Shown in pieces: positions 29,752-39,046 of a stretch of 64,000 nt of DNA. Within the stretch, counting starts at the first letter, position 1; each line of letters begins with the position of its first letter. This stretch comes from a virus, in IMG/VR virus record IMGVR_UViG_3300047476_001402, positions 26,384-90,383 of that record; one strand, written 5' to 3'. The translations under genes were made by a program, and so were the position numbers. Under the pieces are notes generated by a model, which saw only the letters and a list, made by a program, of their open reading frames with translations, was not told the origin of the DNA and made no database searches.

Positions 29752-29997
29752 ATGTCAACTGAAATTAAAAAATACGGATTTTATGCATATATCAAAGGTC
29801 TTGAAAAAGGGCTCGGATTAGTCGTTCTAGATGTCGGTAAGAACATAACAGGTATCAAACTATGTGTTGGTAAAAGTGAACACTTTTCTATTCCTAAAGA
29901 ATCTTTCGAAACCTTGTTAGCATATGATACATTAGAATTCGTGGAAACAGTTCCTAAGTTTGTATGGAAAGAAATGAAAAGAAACCTTGCATCGTAG
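29752..29997 (+). CDS. Hypothetical protein
   Basis: ORF. Confidence 0.55.
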   Translation: MSTEIKKYGFYAYIKGLEKGLGLVVLDVGKNITGIKLCVGKSEHFSIPKESFETLLAYDTLEFVETVPKFVWKEMKRNLAS

Positions 29998-30020
29998 CAA
30001 AGAGGGAATTATAGTCGTCT

Positions 30021-30953
30021 ATGCAATACGGCAAACTTATTATTGATGGAAACAATTTTCTATTTCGTGCATTTTTTACCAAACGACCTGAAAAAATCAT
30101 AGAAGGGGTAAATGCAACAGCCATTCACCAATTCCTTCACATGTTTCGAACTATGGTTACGAGATTCGAGCCGAAAGAAATCTATCTAACCTGGGATAAA
30201 AAATTAAATCCTACTAAACTAAACTTCCGTAAAGAGTTGGTTCCTTATAAGGAACAAAGAACAGAAACCGAACATACCGAAAAGATGTTTGCAACAATCC
30301 CGATCATTCAGGAATTCTTGGATAATTTAGGCGTTGTTACTATATACCCCGTTAATATGGAGGCAGATGACGTTATCCGGTTCTGTGCTATAAATGATAC
30401 AAAATCTACGATCATAGTATCCTCAGATAATGATTTATTTCAATTGGTTACGGAGGAGGTTCATCAGTATATTCCTACTAAAAATATCATTCTTACCTTG
30501 GAAAATTTTGAAGAAGTTGTCTCGGTTAAGCCTGAGCAATATCTAGGATATAAAGCTATCTTAGGTGATAAATCTGATAATATTTCTGGACTCTGTGGGC
30601 ACGGTCCTGTCAAATCGAAAATTCTTACTGAAAGACTGACACAAATTATCGTACAAAATAATTGTACTGTTCAAGAAGCAGTTGCATCTGTATTAAACCC
30701 AGAGGACGCTACAATTATTTGTCGAAATCTTCGTGTTATGGATCTTGGTTATACTGAGACTGAACAGCCAGAAGAATATGGCTTTTATAGAGAACAAGTA
30801 AAAGCTTCTAATACTTCCTTTGATACTGCTAAATTGAAAGAACTGTTTTATAGATTTGAAATGCACCAATTTCTTAGAGAGTTTGGAAATTGGAATAAAC
30901 TATTCAATCCTGATTACGATAATAGTGATTTACTTTCACAGATTGTGATGTAA
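30021..30953 (+). CDS. 5'-3' exonuclease / T4 RNase H-like flap endonuclease
   Basis: IIDGNN..FRAF, YK..R, EADD, SSD.DL.QL, GDKSDNI.G. Confidence 0.9.
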   Translation: MQYGKLIIDGNNFLFRAFFTKRPEKIIEGVNATAIHQFLHMFRTMVTRFEPKEIYLTWDKKLNPTKLNFRKELVPYKEQRTETEHTEKMFATIPIIQEFLDNLGVVTIYPVNMEADDVIRFCAINDTKSTIIVSSDNDLFQLVTEEVHQYIPTKNIILTLENFEEVVSVKPEQYLGYKAILGDKSDNISGLCGHGPVKSKILTERLTQIIVQNNCTVQEAVASVLNPEDATIICRNLRVMDLGYTETEQPEEYGFYREQVKASNTSFDTAKLKELFYRFEMHQFLREFGNWNKLFNPDYDNSDLLSQIVM

Positions 30954-30964
30954 ATATAACTATT

Positions 30965-31150
30965 ATGCAAATATTACAAAATACACCTATCTCATGTCGC
31001 TCTTGTGGACAGATGACCCCTGGTAGGGAGCAACCAGTAAGAAAAACCGATGGCTCTTTAGTTATGGAGTGTAACTGGCGATGTGGTAGATGTGGAACAT
31101 ATCTAAAACATGGTATAACTCGTATAGTCGAACCAGCAAAAACAAAATAA
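30965..31150 (+). CDS. Small zinc-ribbon protein
   Basis: CRSC...CGRC. Confidence 0.6.
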   Translation: MQILQNTPISCRSCGQMTPGREQPVRKTDGSLVMECNWRCGRCGTYLKHGITRIVEPAKTK

Positions 31151-31548
31151 TGAAAACTAGTAAAAAAATACTATATGCTTTATTATCCTTTCTTATTATA
31201 GGTATAATAAGTGGTGGGTTATCTATAGGTTTCGAACTTTTCTTCGGTTTTGCTTTTTGGAAGACGTTCTTTTTTATCTCTGTTGTTCAATTTGTTGGAC
31301 CTATGTTGTGGAACAAATATTACGAATCAGCACAATTAATAAATCTTGCAAAAGAATATGCTGCAAAACCATTTAAAAGATATATGATAAATTTGAACTG
31401 TGCTCATTGCGGACAAATAAATACCGTTGAAATGGATTTAGCAGAAACAGAATTTAAATGTACCAATTGTAAAAAAGATAATGGTATTCATATTGAATTT
31501 ATGACGGCGGCAATAACTGTTCCTGTTAGTGAAACGAACTTCCTATGA
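31150..31548 (+). CDS. Membrane protein with C-terminal zinc ribbon
   Basis: Two TM segments; CAHC...CTNC. Confidence 0.65.
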   Translation: MKTSKKILYALLSFLIIGIISGGLSIGFELFFGFAFWKTFFFISVVQFVGPMLWNKYYESAQLINLAKEYAAKPFKRYMINLNCAHCGQINTVEMDLAETEFKCTNCKKDNGIHIEFMTAAITVPVSETNFL

Positions 31549-31991
31549 GCTTATTGAAGCCTGATATAGAATATGATCCGTCTAAAAGAATAGATATGTA
31601 TATTCCTACGAGGAATACTGCTATCGTCCCCGAGATAGAAAAAACTGCCACTGTTTCTAGCAGGGACGAATTACATTTACATTTACTACAATTCGCCAAT
31701 AACTTCACAGATGCAGAAATTTTACGTTTTTATAAATTGTCCAGTATGACATTTAAAACTAGTGTAAACGTTTTGGATAGTATTTCATTTTTAGAAAAAT
31801 TCTCTGTTCTGTATATAGGTGCCCTTCGCAAAGAATTTCCATCCAAAGATTTCTCCGATATCGAAAAATCTTTATTAACTATAAAAGAATCAATTGCAGA
31901 AATTCTAAAGCATGATAATGTAGAGAACAAGTTTATCATTCCTATGATGTTAGGGATGATCGAAGGACTATTAAATTATGAAAATTATTAA
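31545..31991 (+). CDS. Hypothetical protein
   Basis: Coupled ORF. Confidence 0.6.
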   Translation: MSLLKPDIEYDPSKRIDMYIPTRNTAIVPEIEKTATVSSRDELHLHLLQFANNFTDAEILRFYKLSSMTFKTSVNVLDSISFLEKFSVLYIGALRKEFPSKDFSDIEKSLLTIKESIAEILKHDNVENKFIIPMMLGMIEGLLNYENY

Positions 31992-32550
31992 AAGATTAGG
32001 AAAAGAGTATTATAAACCAAATACTAATGAAGTAGATTGGTCTAAAGTAATAGGAAAAAATTGTGTAATAGATTGCTCCACCTGCACTGGAGAATCAGGC
32101 GCATACTCAGAGTTATTGATTGAGGATTTTGATCATAACACACAACTATTGAAATATAAGTTTGATGGTGATTCGTTTTGGGTTGAAGAAGGCTTTTACG
32201 GAACTTGGGTACTAATGTTCGTCTTCGAGAATGAAGAACCTGTCAAGAAATCCACTCTTTCGGATGAGATGAAGTTGTTACTTGAACACGCAAAAGAGCG
32301 AACAGAGGATAATCAACAACGTCCGTTTTATCCCCCACCATGGCCGACAATTCCAAAACCTTATTATAATAAAGGTATTAGATGTTCTAAATGTGGTATA
32401 GATTTTGGTAATGGGCCAATCGGATATGTATGTCCTAATCATCCATGCCCTTCTGGGCTAGGCGGAGTTTATTGTTATAACAGTATAGTCAAAGAATACC
32501 CCAGCGAATATGATACTGGTTGTGCTACGGGCTCATTATATGCAGATTAA
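31978..32550 (+). CDS. Hypothetical protein with Cys-rich tail
   Basis: CSKC...CPNHPCP. Confidence 0.55.
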   Translation: MKIIKRLGKEYYKPNTNEVDWSKVIGKNCVIDCSTCTGESGAYSELLIEDFDHNTQLLKYKFDGDSFWVEEGFYGTWVLMFVFENEEPVKKSTLSDEMKLLLEHAKERTEDNQQRPFYPPPWPTIPKPYYNKGIRCSKCGIDFGNGPIGYVCPNHPCPSGLGGVYCYNSIVKEYPSEYDTGCATGSLYAD

Positions 32551-32560
32551 TTTAAAATAA

Positions 32561-33100
32561 ATGGAAAATATACAATCCTTCATCCTACCGGATATTAAAA
32601 AACCGGAAAAACCTAAAAAAGCGCCAAAAAAGATTATCGATACCAAAGAACGCCTTGTTCGCATTAATCGAGAAGTCCCCTGTGCATATTGTTCAGAAAT
32701 AAAAATTCTAAATCCAGACCAGTATCAACTATTATTTGATACTTATGGTTCGGATGAAAGAGTATCCGCTGAATACAAATGTAAACCGTGTCAAATGAAA
32801 GAGCGATCCAATCCTGTTGAATTTGGAATTGTTCACGGTGAACTTCTTCATAATCTTTCGAAAGATTTAAAAGAGATGTTTGATCCGTTCAATACATCAT
32901 TCAAAACACAGCAAGACTTCCAAGTTCTCAATAATATTTTAACGGAAAGACTGAAAAAGGAACATATCACTTCCTTCAATATCCTGCTTTCCAGGGACAA
33001 CCTAGCCAAAGGTGTCCAAATTAAAGATTTCCCATTTGTGGGAGTAGTGAATCTAAAAATATATGAAAACCGAAACGAACGTATCCAAATTATCCGATAA
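32561..33100 (+). CDS. Hypothetical zinc-binding protein
   Basis: CAYC...CKPC. Confidence 0.6.
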   Translation: MENIQSFILPDIKKPEKPKKAPKKIIDTKERLVRINREVPCAYCSEIKILNPDQYQLLFDTYGSDERVSAEYKCKPCQMKERSNPVEFGIVHGELLHNLSKDLKEMFDPFNTSFKTQQDFQVLNNILTERLKKEHITSFNILLSRDNLAKGVQIKDFPFVGVVNLKIYENRNERIQIIR

Positions 33101-33386
33101 ATATAAAATTCTACCCGCTGCCGAAATGTCGCTAGATGAAGCCGCAAAATGGGTAGCACTATGTAATGCATTGAAATTCGTTAATAATATGAGTCAATTA
33201 ACAGGGAAAAATATTGAAGAAAAAGATATTTCACATGGTGATTTACTGACTTATATTAATAATGTCAGTGGAGACATCAAGACTTGTATAGAGAAAACTG
33301 GTGGAATTCCTTATAAGTATTCCCTTCGAGGAAGTACAGAAGAATCGAATAATACAGAAGAACTAACATACGAATTCTTAGCATGA
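33063..33386 (+). CDS. Hypothetical protein
   Basis: ORF. Confidence 0.6.
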   Translation: MKTETNVSKLSDKYKILPAAEMSLDEAAKWVALCNALKFVNNMSQLTGKNIEEKDISHGDLLTYINNVSGDIKTCIEKTGGIPYKYSLRGSTEESNNTEELTYEFLA

Positions 33387-33432
33387 AGCAGGACTAGTTT
33401 CTTACAGTATTCGAGAATGGACTGAATAAAAT

Positions 33433-33466
33433 AAAAAACCCGTTAGAAAATTCTAACGGGTTTTTT
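33433..33466. terminator. Bidirectional terminator
   Basis: aaaaaacccgttagaa-aa-ttctaacgggtttttt. Confidence 0.8.
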
Positions 33467-33503
33467 ATTTTATAGATTTGTGTTTTTAGTGATAAATAAT
33501 TAC

Positions 33504-34184
33504 ATGGCACTAGGCAGTATTAAAAACGCAAGAGAAGTTTTCCAACAACATGATTTTTCGAGATCATGGCAGATTCGAATTTTAAACATGAGCAATGTTC
33601 CCGATTATGTGTATCGTGAACTTATTGAAAAACCCGCTGGACTTGGGGGCCATGTTTATGCAAAGACCCTCTCTGTTCCTGGAAGAGAAATTCAGAATAT
33701 CGAAGTGCCTTATCAAGGGTTTCCTATCAACATTCAAGGGATGGCCCGTTACACACCTAACCCGTGGTCTATAACATTCAGAACTCCTGGGGATTATCTT
33801 GTGCGTAATGCTCTTGAACGTTGGAGTTTTGCAACTATTAGTGATGAAACATCATGTGGAACAGGTTTCCCATGCGACAACACAACTATAGACCTTGCCA
33901 TACTTGCTCCTAATTGCGACATTATGCGTGTTTATCGCCTTCATGGTGTCTACCCTCAGAATGTAGGACAAATCACCTACAACATCGAAGGAAACGACCT
34001 TACAGAGTTCGAGGTAGCGTTCCAGTATCAATACTGGAGAGTTGCACATGCATATGAAACTGGTGTTCTTGATTCTAATGCAGGAGCACAACAAGAAATT
34101 GATAATGTGTTCCAAGCATACGAAGCTAAAATTCTCACTGGAACGGGTGGAAGCTGTCCACCTGTTAATATACCACAACGCTAA
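33504..34184 (+). CDS. T4 gp19-like tail tube / tube-initiator protein
   Basis: PGREI..IEVPYQG, WSITF, R.ALERW, L.GVYP..VG.I.Y, F.V.FQYQYW; TAAATA before ATG 33504. Confidence 0.8.
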   Translation: MALGSIKNAREVFQQHDFSRSWQIRILNMSNVPDYVYRELIEKPAGLGGHVYAKTLSVPGREIQNIEVPYQGFPINIQGMARYTPNPWSITFRTPGDYLVRNALERWSFATISDETSCGTGFPCDNTTIDLAILAPNCDIMRVYRLHGVYPQNVGQITYNIEGNDLTEFEVAFQYQYWRVAHAYETGVLDSNAGAQQEIDNVFQAYEAKILTGTGGSCPPVNIPQR

Positions 34185-34195
34185 ATTTAAATAAT

Positions 34196-34229
34196 AAAAA
34201 AACCCGCTAATTTCTTAGCGGGTTTTTTT
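34196..34229. terminator. Bidirectional terminator between convergent genes
   Basis: aaaaaacccgctaa-tttc-ttagcgggttttttt. Confidence 0.85.
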
Positions 34230-34232
34230 ATT

Positions 34233-34460
34233 TTATTCGTCTACATCCCAATTCAAAGTAGGACCACCAAATCTTCGGTCATCAGGATCAAAGAAGAATT
34301 TAGCTTTTCTTTTGACTAATTTTAGATATCGTATCATTGTATAATGATACATCGTAGGATAAAAACTATGTGGACCTTCCCCTTCGTTTTTCTTAGAGTA
34401 TAATTTCGCAGCATCTATTAAACTCTGTAGAGATTCTTCTATAGTTACACAACCTTTCAT
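34233..34460 (-). CDS. Hypothetical protein
   Basis: Coupled ORF. Confidence 0.5.
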   Translation of the reverse strand: MKGCVTIEESLQSLIDAAKLYSKKNEGEGPHSFYPTMYHYTMIRYLKLVKRKAKFFFDPDDRRFGGPTLNWDVDE

Positions 34461-34738
34461 ACTGATAGATCTGATATTAATTTGTTATACTCCCTTAAAC
34501 TAAACTTTACCCGTTCACCATTTTCTACAAATTTTATAGTGAAGATGGTTCTTCTTTTATTCGCTTCTAACACTATATTTGGGACAGTATCTACGAATTT
34601 CTTAAAATCTAACAAATCCTCCCATTCACTATAATCCCAATAGTCCTCATCAAGCTTTTTACAATGTTTATCGAAATATTCTATAATAATATTCTTAATA
34701 GTTTTCTTTAATGTATTTTTCATAACGTTTCTTGACAA
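34457..34738 (-). CDS. Hypothetical protein
   Basis: ORF; start uncertain. Confidence 0.5.
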   Translation of the reverse strand: MSRNVMKNTLKKTIKNIIIEYFDKHCKKLDEDYWDYSEWEDLLDFKKFVDTVPNIVLEANKRRTIFTIKFVENGERVKFSLREYNKLISDLSV

Positions 34739-35360
34739 TAGTTTTTAAATTATATCCCTTCTCGGAAATCTGTGGAATTAAATTATTTCTTAGCCAATTT
34801 CTGCGATAACCTTCATCAGTATTAGTTTCATCTTCTACAACGTATTGTTCCAAATCATAATCTTTTACGAATGCACGAAACTCTTCCTTTTCATTCAGAA
34901 TAAAGGGGCGAATAACAGTAAGATCAAAATCTTTATATTCAGTAACCAACGGAATCGGAAGATATTCAGGAACCCCATTCAAACAATTAAACATATAATT
35001 CTCACATGCATCGTCGATATGATGACCTGTGATTACATATCCCAGACCTGCCATTGCTTTATAGCGCAATGCTCTAAGGGTAGATTCGTCTTTAGGATCG
35101 GTGTCATCGTAATTACCATTTCTATAAGATTCTTCCCACCTAATATTAAAATCTTTACAAAAGGTAAAAACCGAATTAGACATAATCTCATTTTGTTCAC
35201 GAAGATTATGATTGAAATGAAAACATTGTAGATTAATCCTGGGGTAATAAATCTTTAGAAAAGCTGCAATAGCAAGACTATCTATGCCACCGCTACATGC
35301 AACGGTAACTTTATTGTTGGCTAACTTGAGAATCTGTGGAATGAACCGCATATTCCACAC
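34695..35360 (-). CDS. tilS: tRNA(Ile)-lysidine synthetase, catalytic domain only
   Basis: SGGIDS PP-loop, HFNHNLR, R.LRY, TGHH.DD..E, IRPF, D.TN, RNWLRN. Confidence 0.85.
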   Translation of the reverse strand: MWNMRFIPQILKLANNKVTVACSGGIDSLAIAAFLKIYYPRINLQCFHFNHNLREQNEIMSNSVFTFCKDFNIRWEESYRNGNYDDTDPKDESTLRALRYKAMAGLGYVITGHHIDDACENYMFNCLNGVPEYLPIPLVTEYKDFDLTVIRPFILNEKEEFRAFVKDYDLEQYVVEDETNTDEGYRRNWLRNNLIPQISEKGYNLKTIVKKRYEKYIKENY

Positions 35361-35369
35361 TATAGGACT

Positions 35370-36119
35370 TTATTTCGACCTGTCAAGTAACTCCTGTAAA
35401 GAAGTATAGGTTGTTTTTATTAACCACTTTTTATTCTTCTCGTCCAATTCGGCTACCCAAGGCAATTCAGATAACTTACTCAGTAATACTTTTGCAGCAC
35501 GATTTATATGATCAGTTTTAATCCTATCATCTGTCGCATTACGCGCTGCTGACAAATGATATTGTGCTATTTTATTATTTTGAAGTTCTCCTGGGAACCA
35601 CTGCATGAAATATGCATTTACTTCATCATCTGAATTAAAATATCCCTTTCTTGTAGTATTTTGGGTTTGTTTGTACTTTCCTGCATCAGATACTATATCT
35701 TCATATGCATGTGCAATTTCATGTCGCAGAATATCTTTAATATATTTAGGAAGACTCTTATTTATAAAATCTTCAAATTTACGCTCTTTATAATAACTCT
35801 GTGATTTCTTAGAAGAGTTAACATATATTTCAATTCGTCCATTCGATTCATCTGTTGCAGGAAAATACATTGCAGAAGATTCTTCTTCGACTGCTGGACC
35901 GTTATGCTCTGCATCTCTTGCGGCATGGCTTTTTCCTTTATAGAGTTTTATATCTAATTCATATGCATCTGCAATTTTAACAGTGATCTTATCTCCAGAA
36001 CGAATGGACTTTTTCTTTGCTAGTTTCTCTTGAAGTTGGTTGATAATTTCTTCAGATAGAGTGGCAAGGTCTATAAAATATGCACGTTCTTTGAGTAGAT
36101 AATATTCTTTGAGATTCAT
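35370..36119 (-). CDS. HExxH putative metallopeptidase, late gene
   Basis: RHEIAHAYE...EVNAY; TAAGTA upstream. Confidence 0.55.
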   Translation of the reverse strand: MNLKEYYLLKERAYFIDLATLSEEIINQLQEKLAKKKSIRSGDKITVKIADAYELDIKLYKGKSHAARDAEHNGPAVEEESSAMYFPATDESNGRIEIYVNSSKKSQSYYKERKFEDFINKSLPKYIKDILRHEIAHAYEDIVSDAGKYKQTQNTTRKGYFNSDDEVNAYFMQWFPGELQNNKIAQYHLSAARNATDDRIKTDHINRAAKVLLSKLSELPWVAELDEKNKKWLIKTTYTSLQELLDRSK

Positions 36120-36211
36120 AAAAATACTTATCGGCTATTCAGTAAAAACCAAATAGCCGATAAGTGGGTATGACAACGACCCTACAACAGGCCGAAAATA
36201 TTAATTAATAA

Positions 36212-36553
36212 TTACATACAATTTTCAAGATGGGAAGCGATCCACCTAAACGAAAGACCTTTATCATTTAAAGCCATAAGCTTTTGCGTAACTTCTGTAT
36301 CTTTCATAGTAAGAACCTTTGGTAAGAAATTATACTGCTTTCCTTGTGGAGCACCTCTCATCTTAGTAATAGATTGTTTGGGGACTCCTGCAATACGATG
36401 GGCTACACCTAGAACATCATAAGCATTTTCCAATGGATCACGCATCACCCCATTAGTTTGTGTATATCGTCCACTACGGAGTGCTCTTACTAGTTTATTG
36501 CGGAAACGGCGAGGAAGTTTTTGAGTTAGAATATCTGAGTTTTCAATTTTCAT
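36212..36553 (-). CDS. Phage protein of unknown function
   Basis: ALRSGRY.Q..G...LGV...LND.G.SF..IA pattern. Confidence 0.6.
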   Translation of the reverse strand: MKIENSDILTQKLPRRFRNKLVRALRSGRYTQTNGVMRDPLENAYDVLGVAHRIAGVPKQSITKMRGAPQGKQYNFLPKVLTMKDTEVTQKLMALNDKGLSFRWIASHLENCM

Positions 36554-36589
36554 AGGATTAAATATACCCTAAGAAAACTATCGATTCAA

Positions 36590-36805
36590 CTACATTCTTT
36601 TAACAATTCTTCCCCTTTTAACATCTGTAGGTGACATTTCTAGAACAACTTCATCACCTACTTCAGGTCTTATTTTATGCTTTGTCATCTTTCCAGACAA
36701 ATAAGCAAGAACTTCTACATTCACCTTTTTTAGGACAATAAGATAAAAACCGCTAGGAAGAATTTTAGTAACTTCTCCCTTAACCTGAACGCATTCCGTT
36801 TTCAT
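36590..36805 (-). CDS. infA: Translation initiation factor IF-1
   Basis: G.V...LP, A.LSGKM...IR...GD.V..E.SP.D..RGRI. Confidence 0.88.
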   Translation of the reverse strand: MKTECVQVKGEVTKILPSGFYLIVLKKVNVEVLAYLSGKMTKHKIRPEVGDEVVLEMSPTDVKRGRIVKRM

Positions 36806-36822
36806 ACATATTACTTACGTAA

Positions 36823-37059
36823 TTATATGTGGAATTTAAATGTACCGTTGGCAAGATTTACGTTTTCATATAGTTGCATCTCGTCTAACTTGGTAGATTT
36901 ACGACCGTCTTTATATATTATTGATAGTGGTTCACAACTATCAATTGATACATCTAATTTTATTGGAGTTTTTTTGTCTATACTTTTCTGTATAAATGAC
37001 ATCATCACTAATATGGATGAAAGAAACTCTTCACTTCCTTCTAATTCTAATTTCATCAA
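36823..37059 (-). CDS. Hypothetical protein
   Basis: ORF. Confidence 0.45.
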   Translation of the reverse strand: MMKLELEGSEEFLSSILVMMSFIQKSIDKKTPIKLDVSIDSCEPLSIIYKDGRKSTKLDEMQLYENVNLANGTFKFHI

Positions 37060-37067
37060 ATTATATG

Positions 37068-37145
37068 AGGCGACTCAGGGGATCGCACCCTGCCGTTTAA
37101 TAAGAATTTTGCAGATTCTCCGTTTCACTAGCCACGCCAGCCGCC
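37068..37145 (-). tRNA. tRNA-Cys(GCA)
   Basis: GGCGGCT/AGTCGCC acceptor; AGAAT-CTGCAAA-ATTCT. Confidence 0.85.
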
Positions 37146-37239
37146 ATTATATTCCGTGTTTATCGGGTACACGGAAAAAGAAACCATAGCAAAATCATAA
37201 GAGTTTGCGTATCTTTTAGAAGTTTTTAATTTCTAAAAT

Positions 37240-37313
37240 TGGTACGGGGTAAGTGAATCGAACACTTTCTTCTGGAATGTAAAACCAGTTCGCTACCGTT
37301 ACAACAACCCCGC
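37240..37313 (-). tRNA. tRNA-Val(TAC)
   Basis: GCGGGGT/ACCCCGT, loop TTTACAT, encoded CCA. Confidence 0.8.
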
Positions 37314-37333
37314 ATTTATTACTTATAAAAGTT

Positions 37334-37408
37334 TGGTACCTATACAGAGATTCGAACTCTGAACAAAATATTTTTGAGATATTCTCCTCTACCAATTGGG
37401 ATATAGGC
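37334..37408 (-). tRNA. tRNA-Leu(CAA), short variable loop
   Basis: AATAT-CTCAAAA-ATATT; CCA; positions 8-9 appear missing. Confidence 0.75.
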
Positions 37409-37456
37409 GTATAAAATACTTATTCGAAGGATTTCACGAACGTTCTGAATTTAAAT

Positions 37457-37537
37457 GCCTACCAAGGCTAGGGAATCGAACCACATCTAAATTTATCTCT
37501 CTTCTTTCGGTGGTTATAACACACCTAGCCTTGCGGC
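37457..37537 (-). ncRNA. Structured RNA with long terminal stem and T-loop, no anticodon arm
   Basis: CAAGGCTAGG/CCTAGCCTTG 10-bp stem; GGTTCGATTCC. Confidence 0.5.
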
Positions 37538-37541
37538 GATT

Positions 37542-37619
37542 TGGTACCATTGGTGGGAGTCGAACCCACAGATAACATGTTTCTAAGACATGTGTGTTTA
37601 CCAATTACACCACAACGGC
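37542..37619 (-). tRNA. tRNA-Leu(TAG), short variable loop
   Basis: CATGT-CTTAGAA-ACATG; CCA. Confidence 0.88.
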
Positions 37620-37632
37620 ATTTTAAATTATC

Positions 37633-37708
37633 TGGCGGAACCGATGGGTGCTGCCCCCACTAACTCAATCTTGACAGGATTGCGACTCTGCTGTTTGTCT
37701 TCGGCTCC
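37633..37708 (-). tRNA. tRNA-Asp(GTC)
   Basis: CAATC-CTGTCAA-GATTG; G73, CCA; atypical T-loop GGCAGCA. Confidence 0.85.
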
Positions 37709-37768
37709 ATAAAACACCTTAAAAATTGCGCATTGTTAAGAGGCGTTCAAGGTTTGTAAACTACTTAT

Positions 37769-37797
37769 ATCTTACACTACATTTTCGTCTTTGTCAA
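37769..37797 (-). promoter_or_regulatory. sigma70-like promoter of tRNA sub-cluster
   Basis: TTGACA-17-TAAGAT. Confidence 0.7.
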
Positions 37798-37819
37798 TAC
37801 GAAAGATGAAATAATTTGA

Positions 37820-38326
37820 TCAACTCACTAACATATCCCATAGACCTTTATAATAAAATCCATATGCTACCATTATCTGGCGAAATCTCAATGTTGTGAC
37901 TTCTCTTTTAATACCTTCTTTATCTGTGATAGTATGTAATGTATCATCGTTTATAAAATTTAGGTCTAGTGCTTCTTTAACTAGTGCTAACATCTGTGCG
38001 AATATTGCACGGTCTGAATCTCGAAGATTTAATCTGAAATTTTCAGGTTCTACTAAGAATCCTTCTTCTATTTTACTTTCTACAAACATCACTAATTCAG
38101 CTCTTGCATTATTAGCCAATTCTTCAGAAGAGAGTTCGATTACAGAATAATCATTGGTAGATGCATTGTATATTAATTTATGAATGCTCGCATCGTAAGT
38201 CGGAGGATCTGGGGGTTCGGCAACAATAGTCCAACCTTTTCGAATTAAATTATCTATTATAGGAATAGAAGATTCGTACCTATGTTCATTATTAAGTTTT
38301 AAGTGCGTCATTATATTATTTATCAA
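37820..38326 (-). CDS. Tail-fibre assembly-like (DUF4376-like) protein
   Basis: PP.YD...H motif; downstream of a LamG protein. Confidence 0.5.
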   Translation of the reverse strand: MINNIMTHLKLNNEHRYESSIPIIDNLIRKGWTIVAEPPDPPTYDASIHKLIYNASTNDYSVIELSSEELANNARAELVMFVESKIEEGFLVEPENFRLNLRDSDRAIFAQMLALVKEALDLNFINDDTLHTITDKEGIKREVTTLRFRQIMVAYGFYYKGLWDMLVS

Positions 38327-39024
38327 CTATCAGGGAAAGCGGAGATGGGAAGGGAAGCTGCCCTTGCGGTCCCCTTCGTCATTCGAAATTCATCTATTCG
38401 ACCATTAGTAGGAGCAGCTCCATTTCCTGCTATACCTACTAAAAGGGCTAATGCAGAGCTTCCAAATGTTCTCGTAGTTTGGCCTGTGGCCTGTGCATAT
38501 TGTACACCATCTCTGAATATAGTCCATGTTCCTCCTGAACGAATTAACTGTATAAAATACCATTGTGATGTTGTAAATGGTGTGGAACCAGAGTTTATAC
38601 AAAAACTACCTTGACAATACACAAACACATTACCCGAACTTGGAGTTATGGCGATGACACTTGTATTTGCCGCCGCATAATCCATTATATATTGTGTTCC
38701 AGTTCCGGTGAAGTTAACCCAGAATTCGATAGAAAAATCGCCAACACCAAAATCGTATGCAGTATTGGCAGAAGATGATAGGTAATCACCATTTCCATCA
38801 AGTAATAAACACGCCGTTCCGTACTTAGGATTAGTTGTGCTTAGTTGTGCATTACCGAATGCGGTAAATGTTCTCGCCCCTGGCCCAGAGTCTACAATAG
38901 TAGTTGAACCATTGGTTCCATTTAAATGTAAAAGAACCGAAACATTAGCAAAAAAAGGATCAGTGGTACTTTCTACGACACCTTCAACGGGTCTAAATGC
39001 TTTTCTTCTATGAGTCAATAACAT
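38323..39024 (-). CDS. LamG/concanavalin A-like lectin virion protein
   Basis: DP.F.NVS.LLH.NG.NGST, FG.GDF.IEFW, G.IDEFR.TKG.AR. Confidence 0.85.
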   Translation of the reverse strand: MLLTHRRKAFRPVEGVVESTTDPFFANVSVLLHLNGTNGSTTIVDSGPGARTFTAFGNAQLSTTNPKYGTACLLLDGNGDYLSSSANTAYDFGVGDFSIEFWVNFTGTGTQYIMDYAAANTSVIAITPSSGNVFVYCQGSFCINSGSTPFTTSQWYFIQLIRSGGTWTIFRDGVQYAQATGQTTRTFGSSALALLVGIAGNGAAPTNGRIDEFRMTKGTARAASLPISAFPDS

Positions 39025-39046
39025 ATAGTTATTTACCCATAATAAT

